Below, piece after piece: positions 56,403 to 64,000 of a stretch of DNA of 64,000 bases; positions within the stretch are counted from its first letter, which is position 1; each line of letters opens with the position of its first letter. The notes beneath the pieces were generated by a model, which did no database searches, was not told where the DNA came from, and saw only the letters and a list, made by a program, of their open reading frames with translations. Origin of the DNA: a virus; IMG/VR virus record IMGVR_UViG_3300012894_000004, positions 9,141-73,140 of that record; one strand, written 5' to 3'. A program made the translations under genes and the position numbers.

Positions 56403-59400
56403 CTACCCTTTAAAAAAGGGGTCGGCAAAATTGCGAGCTTGTTCTAGCATCTGCGCCTCAACCTGCATGCGCTGAATCTCTTCGTGTCCAATGGCCAGCC
56501 GTGCGGGGCCAAAGCGCGCTATCTGCGTATTCGTTGCGGCAGTGGTAGCTGCGTGGTCGGCCGCACGAGTCGTGCTAGTGGCCACTGTGTTGAGCTGGGC
56601 CACCACCGTATTTAGTAGCGCGTTCGTCTGCTGCTGCTGGCTGGCCAGGGCGCTCAGGTCGGCAGCCGAGGCGTAGCCCCCAGCAGGCGCCCCGCCCCGG
56701 TTGAGGATGCCGCCTGCCTCTAGGTAGCTGGCTGGCGGGGGCAGCGTGTTGGTCACACTCGTGTAGGCGCTCGTGGCTAGCGCGCGCATGTAGTCCGCTG
56801 GCCCCAGGGTGCGGGCCCGACCCTCAGTGCGCAGCATCGCCAGTACGGGGGCATTGCGCGCGCTGGCGTCCCGCGGGGTTACGGCCTCGCCACCCTCGGC
56901 CTCGAAGCCGGGCACCCCGGCCACGGTGAAGGGAATGCCGCCCTGCGCGTGGCGCGGGCCGCGTAGCACCCCATCGGCACCCAGCGCCCCGGTGCCCGCC
57001 TCGTACTTCACAGACGTGGCCAGGGACTTAGCCGAGGCCACGGCCGCTGCCACGGCCGCCACAGCGGCGATAATAGCTGGGATGTTGGCCGGGAAAGGCA
57101 AGGCCGCCGCGCCGGCCACCGCCGTCACCCCTGCGTCCACCGCTTTGGCGGCGGCGGCCACGTTGGCGGCCAGCGTGGTGGCGGCCGAAAGCTCCAGGCC
57201 AATCTTTTGCAGGCGGTGCTGCTCGGCGAGCTGCGCTTTCTCCTCGCGCGCCGCCGTGGCCTTAGCGGCGGCAATCTTGCCCACCTCGGCGCGCTCTTTT
57301 TGCAGCTTGTCCAGGTAGTACTCGCGCGCTGCGCCCTGGCTGCTGGCCAGCTTGCCCTCGTCGCTGCTGATAGTGCTCTGCAACTGGCTGAGCTGCTCGG
57401 TAGCCGCCTGTAAACGGGCCTGCGCATCGGTGAGGGCCTGCTGATTCTGTTGCACGGCCGCGTCTAAGAAGGCGCCAGCTACCTGCTGGCCGGCCTGGTA
57501 GAGCTGGCCGAACGAATCGGTGAAGGCCTGCTTCATCTCCTCGGCTTGCTTCTTAGCTTCCTCCGACGTAGTGGAGTCGACGCCAAAAAAAGCCTTGATG
57601 AGCTTGAGGCCCAGGTCGGGCCGTTGCTTGGCCAGGCTCTCGGTGTAGACCTGGGTGGTGTAGTCGAGGCCGCCCTTCACAAAATCACGCTCGGCCTGCT
57701 TGCCCGCCTCCTCAACGTCCTTGCCCTGTTGCTGCTGGGCCTCACGCAGCGCCTTTTCCCGCGCGTTGTAGTCGGCCTGCAATACGAGTAGGGCCTGATA
57801 ATCGGCCTCGCGCTGGGCGCGCTCCTTGGTCGAGCTGTCCTTGTCGAGGCTCAGTAGCAGCTCGGCCGTGCGCAGGCGTAGCTCCAGCGTGTCCTTGCCC
57901 TCCTTTTCGAGCAGGGCAATCTTGTTCTGGCTGGCCAGCAACTCGGCCTGCCGCTGCTTTTGGTCGAGCTCCTGCGCGTGGGCATCTTTGAGCAAGGCAA
58001 TCTTGTCGAGTTGCTGCTGAATGGCGGCCGCATCCTGGGTGCCGGCTGCGCGTAGGTGGGCGAGTAGCTTTTCCTCTTGTTGTAATTGGAGTGCAAACGC
58101 ATCCTCGCCCTTTTGTTGCTCCAAGGCAATGCGCCCATCCAGGGCAGCCTGTTCGGCAGCAAACAAATTGTCGTTTACTTCCTTCTGGCGGGCAATTTTG
58201 AGAGCGGCAATCACGCTCTGTTGGGCTTCAATCGCCGCCTTTTCGGGCTGGGCCGCCGCTTGCAGGGTACGCAGCTTCTGCTTTTCTACCTCCAGCTGGG
58301 CTTGATACGACTGCTGGCCGGCGGCCTGCTCAAGCCCTAGAATACCGTTGAGGCGGGCCAGGGTTTCGGCCTCGGCATCCTCCTTGGCCTTCTTTTTCTG
58401 GGCCTTGTTGAAGGCCGCCAGGTCGGCTACGGCGTCGCCGTAGGCCTTTTTCTCCTCCTCCGAGCCCTGCTTGAGCACGGCAATCTTCTGCTCCAACAAC
58501 TGGCGCTGCTGGGCCACAGTGTTGTAGCCGCCCGCCTGATTGATTTTCAGTAGGCGCTCGTTTTGGTCAATCTGGGCCTGCAACTCCTTGCGGTGGGCAT
58601 CAGCCACCACCTCGGCCGCGCCCTGGCGGTAGGCACTGGCCACGTCCTTGCCGGCCTGGCTAGCCGTGGCCGCCGCGCCCGCAAAGTCGAAGGTGGCCAG
58701 GTCGAACAGGACTTTGAGCAAATCCTTACCTCCGGTAATCATAGCGTCGAAGCCGCCGACCACCCCGGCCTTGAACTTGGTAAACGTGCTCTCGGAGCTG
58801 CCCACCGTGTCGCCGAATTGTGCCCACAGGGCAATGAGCGTCCCGACCAAGGCCACCACCGCGCCGATGCCCGTGGAGATAAGAGCCGCGCGCGTGATTT
58901 TCGAGCCGGTGCTGGCGCCCTCGGCCGCCGTGAGCCAGGCCTTGCCGCTAGCCACGATGGATTTAACCAGGCTTTGGTTCTCGCCGTTGAGCAGCTTGTT
59001 GACACTGTCCACCGAGGCCAGTACGCCCGTGAGCTGCTGCATGCGCTGGGTGTACTCCTGGGCTGTGGTTGAACTCAGGCCGAATACCTGCCCCAGGGTG
59101 GTGGCCACGCCCACGGTGCCGGTGAGCGCACCGGTGAGGATGCCGAAGGCCTTGGCCTGCGCCTCGGGGTTGGTGGCTTGCAGGGCCTGGGCCAGCCCGC
59201 GCAGCTTGCTCTCCTGCTCGCCAATCTGCTGAATCTTGGCCGCGGCCTCCACCGAGCCCTCGGTGAGGTGCTGCAACTCGGCTTTCAGGGCCTCCACTTC
59301 CTGGCCGATGGCGCCGAACGTGCCAGGGGCGAACTCCTTGGCCGCGGCCTGGGCGGCGCCCTGGTACTGCTTGACGCTGGCGGTGAGCTCCTTCACGGTG

Positions 59401-59777
59401 GTGGCCTGCTGGCCCACAGCGGCGCCCGCCGCCTCGGCCGCCTGCTTGGCGGCCTGGTAGTCGATGCGGCTTTCCTGCACGATAGAATTAAGCCGCTGCT
59501 GGGCGGTTACATTCTTGTTGAGGGCGGCCGTAGCCAGCAGCGCCGCCTCGCCGGCCGGGGCCGACTTCTGGGCCTGCACGAGCTGCTTCTGCTCAGCCGT
59601 GAGCGCGCGCAGGGCCTGGCTGTTCTCGTCGTAGACCTGCTTGGCTTCCTTGGCCTCGGTGTTAGCCGCCGCCGCGCGGTTCTTCAGCTCGGCCAGTGCC
59701 TTGGTAGCCGTGTCGAGCTGCTGCTGGCTTTGGCCTAAATCTATCTGAATCTGGTAGACTTTCGTGGTCGTGCTCAT
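56403..59777 (-). CDS. Tape measure protein
   Basis: 1124 aa Ala/Gln-rich helical, hydrophobic segments, C-terminal GPRHAQGGI...EAEGGE. Confidence 0.85.
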   Translation of the reverse strand: MSTTTKVYQIQIDLGQSQQQLDTATKALAELKNRAAAANTEAKEAKQVYDENSQALRALTAEQKQLVQAQKSAPAGEAALLATAALNKNVTAQQRLNSIVQESRIDYQAAKQAAEAAGAAVGQQATTVKELTASVKQYQGAAQAAAKEFAPGTFGAIGQEVEALKAELQHLTEGSVEAAAKIQQIGEQESKLRGLAQALQATNPEAQAKAFGILTGALTGTVGVATTLGQVFGLSSTTAQEYTQRMQQLTGVLASVDSVNKLLNGENQSLVKSIVASGKAWLTAAEGASTGSKITRAALISTGIGAVVALVGTLIALWAQFGDTVGSSESTFTKFKAGVVGGFDAMITGGKDLLKVLFDLATFDFAGAAATASQAGKDVASAYRQGAAEVVADAHRKELQAQIDQNERLLKINQAGGYNTVAQQRQLLEQKIAVLKQGSEEEKKAYGDAVADLAAFNKAQKKKAKEDAEAETLARLNGILGLEQAAGQQSYQAQLEVEKQKLRTLQAAAQPEKAAIEAQQSVIAALKIARQKEVNDNLFAAEQAALDGRIALEQQKGEDAFALQLQQEEKLLAHLRAAGTQDAAAIQQQLDKIALLKDAHAQELDQKQRQAELLASQNKIALLEKEGKDTLELRLRTAELLLSLDKDSSTKERAQREADYQALLVLQADYNAREKALREAQQQQGKDVEEAGKQAERDFVKGGLDYTTQVYTESLAKQRPDLGLKLIKAFFGVDSTTSEEAKKQAEEMKQAFTDSFGQLYQAGQQVAGAFLDAAVQQNQQALTDAQARLQAATEQLSQLQSTISSDEGKLASSQGAAREYYLDKLQKERAEVGKIAAAKATAAREEKAQLAEQHRLQKIGLELSAATTLAANVAAAAKAVDAGVTAVAGAAALPFPANIPAIIAAVAAVAAAVASAKSLATSVKYEAGTGALGADGVLRGPRHAQGGIPFTVAGVPGFEAEGGEAVTPRDASARNAPVLAMLRTEGRARTLGPADYMRALATSAYTSVTNTLPPPASYLEAGGILNRGGAPAGGYASAADLSALASQQQQTNALLNTVVAQLNTVATSTTRAADHAATTAATNTQIARFGPARLAIGHEEIQRMQVEAQMLEQARNFADPFFKG

Positions 59778-60595
59778 CGGGCCTTAGCGGGTAGGTTGCT
59801 GGGCGAGTTCGGCGCTACGGCGGTGGTAGCAGAGGGCGGTAAAAACGTCGCCAGCTGCTTCCGCGCGAGCTTGAGCCAGCGTTTGGCCAGCCACCGCCCC
59901 GTACTCCAGTAGAAGCCCCGTGGGCCCGAAGTCGGTGAAGTGGCCAGGCCCTGCTCCAGCGCGTGCACCACCTGCTCGACTAGGGGCCGAGCGGCCAAAT
60001 AGCTCTGGGTAGCTAGGGCCAAGGGTAGCGCACGCAGCAAAAAAGACTGGATGGCGGGCCAGGCCAGGCTCAGGGGCAGGGTGGCAAACGCCAGGGCGGC
60101 GTCGCGCACCGTAACCGCGCTCTGCTTTTGGCCGGCCGGGGTGTAGAGCACAGCCAGCAGTTGGGGCGCCACGCGCAGTGGCTGGCCCTCGCTCTCTTGC
60201 AGAAACGAAGTGAGCGCCTCCCACTGCCCGGCGGTGAGCGTGTCGAAGTCGCCGCCCACGTAGGCGTAGGCCTGGCCTAGGTGGGTGAAGCCGGGGGCAG
60301 GCTGCCCGGCGGGTAGCGGCCCGTCGAAGAGCCAGGGGGTGGCCTCGTAAATGGGCAGCAGCAGGCTGATGTCGGCCAGGAAGGGCTCGGCCGTGGGCAG
60401 GCCTAGTAGCGTAGCCAGGGCCTGGCAGCCGGCGGAGTTGGCGAAGGGGTGCACCGTGGGCACGATGCCGGCGGGCACGGGCTGGGCAGCCAGGGCTAGA
60501 CCTACGTAGGCCTGCAAGGGCACCTCGGCCCAGCTTTCGGGCAGCTGCCCGGTGAGCACCTCTCCATCGGAGGCGCTAATCTTGAGTTTGTGCAT
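59774..60595 (-). CDS. Tail assembly chaperone-like gene with -1 frameshift alternative (stop 59784)
   Basis: Directly upstream of TMP; T TTT TTG at 60044-60038; both frames open. Confidence 0.65.
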   Translation of the reverse strand: MHKLKISASDGEVLTGQLPESWAEVPLQAYVGLALAAQPVPAGIVPTVHPFANSAGCQALATLLGLPTAEPFLADISLLLPIYEATPWLFDGPLPAGQPAPGFTHLGQAYAYVGGDFDTLTAGQWEALTSFLQESEGQPLRVAPQLLAVLYTPAGQKQSAVTVRDAALAFATLPLSLAWPAIQSFLLRALPLALATQSYLAARPLVEQVVHALEQGLATSPTSGPRGFYWSTGRWLAKRWLKLARKQLATFLPPSATTAVAPNSPSNLPAKAR

Positions 60596-60608
60596 GGGTT
60601 GGGTAAGG

Positions 60609-62849
60609 TTAAAGAACTTCTCGTTCAAGGGTGATAGTGGCCAGGGCGCTCTCGTCGGCCGGGTCGAAATTTTCCACGGCGGCAGTCACGTAGGGCGTGC
60701 CATGCAGTACCACTTTGCGCCCTGGCGCTAGCTGTTGGTAGCGCGCCGGGGACAGGGGGCAGGCTACCTTCGCGACATGGCCTTGCCCCGCGCGCTTAAG
60801 GGCCAGTTGGTAGTAGCAGGCCAAGGCCCCACCTGCCCCGTCCCAGGCCAGTGGCCCCGTCCACTCACTTTGTCCCACCGGCAGCCACCCCTGCCCGAAG
60901 GGAATGGGCGCATCGGTCGAAGGGCCGAGGTAGCGTAGCAGGCGTGGCACCTGGGCCGATACATCCCACTGCGTTTCGCTACAATTTTGCTTGAGCACAT
61001 CTTTGGTGCTCAGGCAGGGCAGGCCCACGGGGCGGTTGTGGGTGTAGTAGGTGCGAAAGCCGACCACGGCAAACGGGCTGCTCACGGCCTTACTGCTCAC
61101 GGCTGGCCCGAAGGTGGCCGTTACCACGTCCGCACCCTCAAGCACGAACGGGTCATCGGTAAGCGTGGCGGGGCTGAAGATGTAGCTGCCCGCCCCAGCG
61201 CCCGCGGCGGGCAGGTACTCCACGGCGCGCCTATCCACCCACTCCGAGAGGTCGAGCTGCGGGCCGGCGGCCTGGCTTAATTCGTCGCGGGTATAGAGCG
61301 TGGCCAAGCACCGGCCAGCATCGGCCACCAAAAAGCTGTCACTCCTTCGCAGGGCATCTTGTACTACCTCGCGGCAACTGAGCGGGGGCAGAAACGCGGC
61401 CGGCTGTAGCTGCAGTTTGCTCACCCCCTCATTATCGGCGTAGCGGATGCAGGCCAGCGAGGTGGCCCCAAACGCGTACACGCCCTGCGAGCGGAAGGCC
61501 AGCAGGTTGTTCGTACCGTCGAACACACAGCGGCGGGCGAATACACCCAGCGTCACCGAGTCGCCGGCCTCCAGGTAGAGGCCACTCACCTGGTCGCCGT
61601 AGTTGCCGAGCACGAGCGCGCCAATGTCGCCGCCGGGCGCATCCAGGCGGTAGGGCGTGCGCACGCGGTCCTGGCCAGCGGCATAGTCAAGGGGTCCCGT
61701 GTTGGGGTCGCCGCGCAGCAGGCCACCCTCGGCCTCCTCGAAGCCCGCCCCGCCCCGGCGCACCACGAGGCCCAGGCCCACGGGCCGCAGCAACTCCTTC
61801 ACAAAGAAGTCGTGGCTGTCGATGTTGGGCCCGCCGAAGTAGTTGTGGCCGCCCACTAGGTCAGCCTCCCAACTAAAATCGTACAGCCCGGCCTTGGGCG
61901 CGGTGTAGGTGGCCGTTTCCATGTCCAGGGCGCGGGTAGGCCGCAGTACGGGCACGCGCAGGGGCACCGGCAGAAAGAAAATATCCCCACTGAGCTCGGG
62001 CCCATCGCCGGGCAGGGTGTAGAAGCCGGCCGCGTTGTTGGTGTAGCTCGGCGCCGGACCCGACTGGTAGTAGCTGAACGACTGCCCGCCCGCGCCCGTG
62101 GCGCGCGCCTGCAACAACCGGCCCCAATTCCAGGCCGCGCCGAGGTCGGCGCCCGCGGTGCTCACCACCACCGCGCGCCAGAAGTCCGAATCAAGCTCGC
62201 GCCCGCGTAGCTGCCAGCCGATGGAGGCGAAAATCTGCCGCAGAACGTTGACGTAATAGACGCTAGGCGGGTAATCGTCCACGGCCAGCGGGTAGGTGAG
62301 CACGGCCGAGGGCGGGGCGGGCACTTCCTCGGTGGTGCCATCGGGCAGGGTGCGCGTTTCGGGCGGGGCGAAGAAATTGCCGTAGGCCACCAACGGAAAT
62401 TGCAGGTCGGTGGCGTCACAATCCAGCGCCAGAATGCTTTCTAGCTGGCTACCGTCGTAGTCTACCGGCGCAAATTGCAGGTCGGTTAGCTTGGTATCGC
62501 CCAGCAGCAGCGCCCAGCTCAGCCCGTCGCCGATGAGGGTGCCGGTGTAGCCGTTTTTGAGGCTGGAGAGCCGGAACGTGCCCGCGAATACCTGCCCGCC
62601 CACCTGCAACTCGTAGGAGTAGTCAGTGTAGAAGCCGAACTTATTGAGCCCCTGCGGGTGGAGCTTGTTCACGCCGAAGATGCGGTCGTTGGCGCGGGTG
62701 CTGGGCAGTGTGAGTTGAAAAGAATACTCGCCTACCCGCGCCGTGACGTCGGCGAGGGAGGCGCTGGCCTGCGTGAGTCGCACGAGGCCTTTGACGAGGG
62801 GCGGGAGGTCGGCGGGCTGGCCGGCCAGCAGTAAGGACATGGGACGCAT
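60609..62849 (-). CDS. Phage tail protein
   Basis: About 745 aa; YSFQLTLPSTRANDRIF N-terminus typical of Bacteroidota tail proteins. Confidence 0.7.
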   Translation of the reverse strand: MRPMSLLLAGQPADLPPLVKGLVRLTQASASLADVTARVGEYSFQLTLPSTRANDRIFGVNKLHPQGLNKFGFYTDYSYELQVGGQVFAGTFRLSSLKNGYTGTLIGDGLSWALLLGDTKLTDLQFAPVDYDGSQLESILALDCDATDLQFPLVAYGNFFAPPETRTLPDGTTEEVPAPPSAVLTYPLAVDDYPPSVYYVNVLRQIFASIGWQLRGRELDSDFWRAVVVSTAGADLGAAWNWGRLLQARATGAGGQSFSYYQSGPAPSYTNNAAGFYTLPGDGPELSGDIFFLPVPLRVPVLRPTRALDMETATYTAPKAGLYDFSWEADLVGGHNYFGGPNIDSHDFFVKELLRPVGLGLVVRRGGAGFEEAEGGLLRGDPNTGPLDYAAGQDRVRTPYRLDAPGGDIGALVLGNYGDQVSGLYLEAGDSVTLGVFARRCVFDGTNNLLAFRSQGVYAFGATSLACIRYADNEGVSKLQLQPAAFLPPLSCREVVQDALRRSDSFLVADAGRCLATLYTRDELSQAAGPQLDLSEWVDRRAVEYLPAAGAGAGSYIFSPATLTDDPFVLEGADVVTATFGPAVSSKAVSSPFAVVGFRTYYTHNRPVGLPCLSTKDVLKQNCSETQWDVSAQVPRLLRYLGPSTDAPIPFGQGWLPVGQSEWTGPLAWDGAGGALACYYQLALKRAGQGHVAKVACPLSPARYQQLAPGRKVVLHGTPYVTAAVENFDPADESALATITLEREVL

Positions 62850-62905
62850 AGCGGCGGAGACGTTGGAAAATCGGGAAAGCAGGTATGGAAAATGGCGCAG
62901 CGGGT

Positions 62906-63073
62906 TCAGGCGCGCACCCACTGTTTTTTGATGCCCTGGCGGCGGGCAAGCTCTTGCAGCTTGCGCAGGGGCAGGCCGAGCTCGGTGGCGATTTGGGGCA
63001 TGGTCTGGCGACCGTATTCGCGGCGCAGGTAGCGCACGGTGGCGGCTGAGTGATGGAGGTAGGGGCGGGGCAT
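62906..63073 (-). CDS. 55-aa HTH-like protein
   Basis: Manual: MPRPYLHHSAATVRYLRREYGRQTMPQIATELGLPLRKLQELARRQGIKKQWVRA. Confidence 0.6.
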   Translation of the reverse strand: MPRPYLHHSAATVRYLRREYGRQTMPQIATELGLPLRKLQELARRQGIKKQWVRA

Positions 63074-63074
63074 A

Positions 63075-63695
63075 CTACTCGGCATCGTGCAGGGCGCGCC
63101 AGGCGCGGGCGAACTTCTTGCTCAGCGTGTGGCGCACGGAGTCGAGGCGGCGGCGGATGTAGAAGCGGCTTTCCACGCCCACCATCTCGGCGATGTCCTG
63201 AAAGGAGTAGCCCTCGGCGTGCAGGTGCAGGGCTACGCGGTCGAACAGGCCGAAGCTGGCGCGCAACTCGGTCTGCACCGAGGCCGCCAGCGCCGCCAGC
63301 CCGTCGACGGCTGCGGCTGCGGGCAGTTCCAGGGAGGCGGCCGCCTGCTGCCGGCGCACCTGCGCGGCCCACGGGGCGCTTGCCTCATCATCGCGCCCTG
63401 CGGAGCCGGCCTCGGCCTGCTGAAAGTCGTGGCTTACCTCGCGCTGGGCGTGCTGGGCTTGGCGCCAGTGCAGGCGGCGCAGGCTACTGAACAAGTAGGC
63501 ACTGTAGTGCTCGCCGGTAAAGCCGTTGCGCTGAATCGCGTCATGGCAGTTGAGCAGCGTCTGCTGGTAGAGGTTCATGCCCTCCTCGGGGCAGCCCGTG
63601 AGCTTGCGAGCCAGCGCCAGCAGGGGCGCGCGGTGGTGGTCGGCAGCTTCTAAGCAGGCCATTGCCTGCGCTTCGCGAGTAGCTAGTGTCGTCAT
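63075..63695 (-). CDS. ECF/sigma-70-like factor
   Basis: Region 2-like LLALARKLTGCPEEGMNLYQQT..AYLF; region 4-like EGYSFQDIAEMVG. Confidence 0.72.
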   Translation of the reverse strand: MTTLATREAQAMACLEAADHHRAPLLALARKLTGCPEEGMNLYQQTLLNCHDAIQRNGFTGEHYSAYLFSSLRRLHWRQAQHAQREVSHDFQQAEAGSAGRDDEASAPWAAQVRRQQAAASLELPAAAAVDGLAALAASVQTELRASFGLFDRVALHLHAEGYSFQDIAEMVGVESRFYIRRRLDSVRHTLSKKFARAWRALHDAE

Positions 63696-63850
63696 CAACC
63701 CCCAAGTTGAAACCGGGGGCTGCCTCGCAATGTGGTATGTGGAGTTTGACGGCCTGTTTAGCCTAAAAAAAGTAGCTGGCCAGCGTATAGGGCGTGGCAA
63801 GCTGCCCGCGCGTGGGGCGTTGCGTGCTGTCGCCTAAGCCCGGCGGTAGG

Positions 63851-64000
63851 TTAGCGCCAGACCCGCTCCCCGTTGGGGGCGCGGCGTTTGATGCCGTGGC
63901 GCCGGGCCAGCGCATAGATGCGGGGTACAGTCACGCCCCACTGCTCAGCAAAGTGCGTGGGGGGTAAGTCGGCGTAGTGCTGACGCAGGTAGGCGACCTG
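63851..64000 (-). CDS. 3' part of small HTH-like protein (paralog of 62906)
   Basis: Manual: QVAYLRQHYADLPPTHFAEQWGVTVPRIYALARRHGIKRRAPNGERVWR*. Confidence 0.55.
   Translation of the reverse strand, partial: QVAYLRQHYADLPPTHFAEQWGVTVPRIYALARRHGIKRRAPNGERVWR

Larger units (their letters stand above)
56403..64000 (-). mobile_element. Second phage-like element (tail module); extends past right edge
   Basis: Tape measure, chaperone, tail protein and sigma-like regulator. Confidence 0.75.

Noticed and set aside
142..63837. Numerous long alternative-frame and antisense ORFs in the ORF track
   Set aside because: Typical of high-GC DNA; Arg/Ala/Pro-rich, no motifs, and they overlap well-supported genes
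1..64000. Whole window as one phage with a central attP
   Set aside because: Two chaperone/frameshift genes, two probable TMPs, and no 24-bp motif in the right-hand module favour two elements; not fully excluded

Overview
High-GC Bacteroidota DNA, most consistent with Hymenobacter/Cytophagales (T9SS C-terminal domains, TAnnTTTG-type promoters). (1) 1-40.2 kb is most of a temperate siphophage-like prophage. Right to left: tyrosine integrase with a tRNA-3'-like att core, cI/cro switch, early genes including a beta-clamp fusion, initiator with iterons, loader ATPase, DUF5131/ASCH/nuclease/Lar/HNH genes, terminases, tail tube, portal, scaffold, capsid, neck/tail, lysis, and a probable tape measure start at the left edge. 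(2) 40.3-56.4 kb is a cargo block of secreted/T9SS proteins, including two DRGH non-specific nucleases and an S74-chaperone fibre. (3) 56.4-64 kb is a second phage-like element with its own tape measure, frameshifting chaperone, tail protein and an ECF-like sigma flanked by two paralogous HTH genes. The best signals not explained by the gene calls are a 24-bp motif repeated four times before late genes, an ANGRGAC-loop hairpin before three structural genes, two -1 frameshift sites, a HEPN-like moron and a phage Hc1-like gene. Family assignments come from motif recognition and memory only; no database searches were run.
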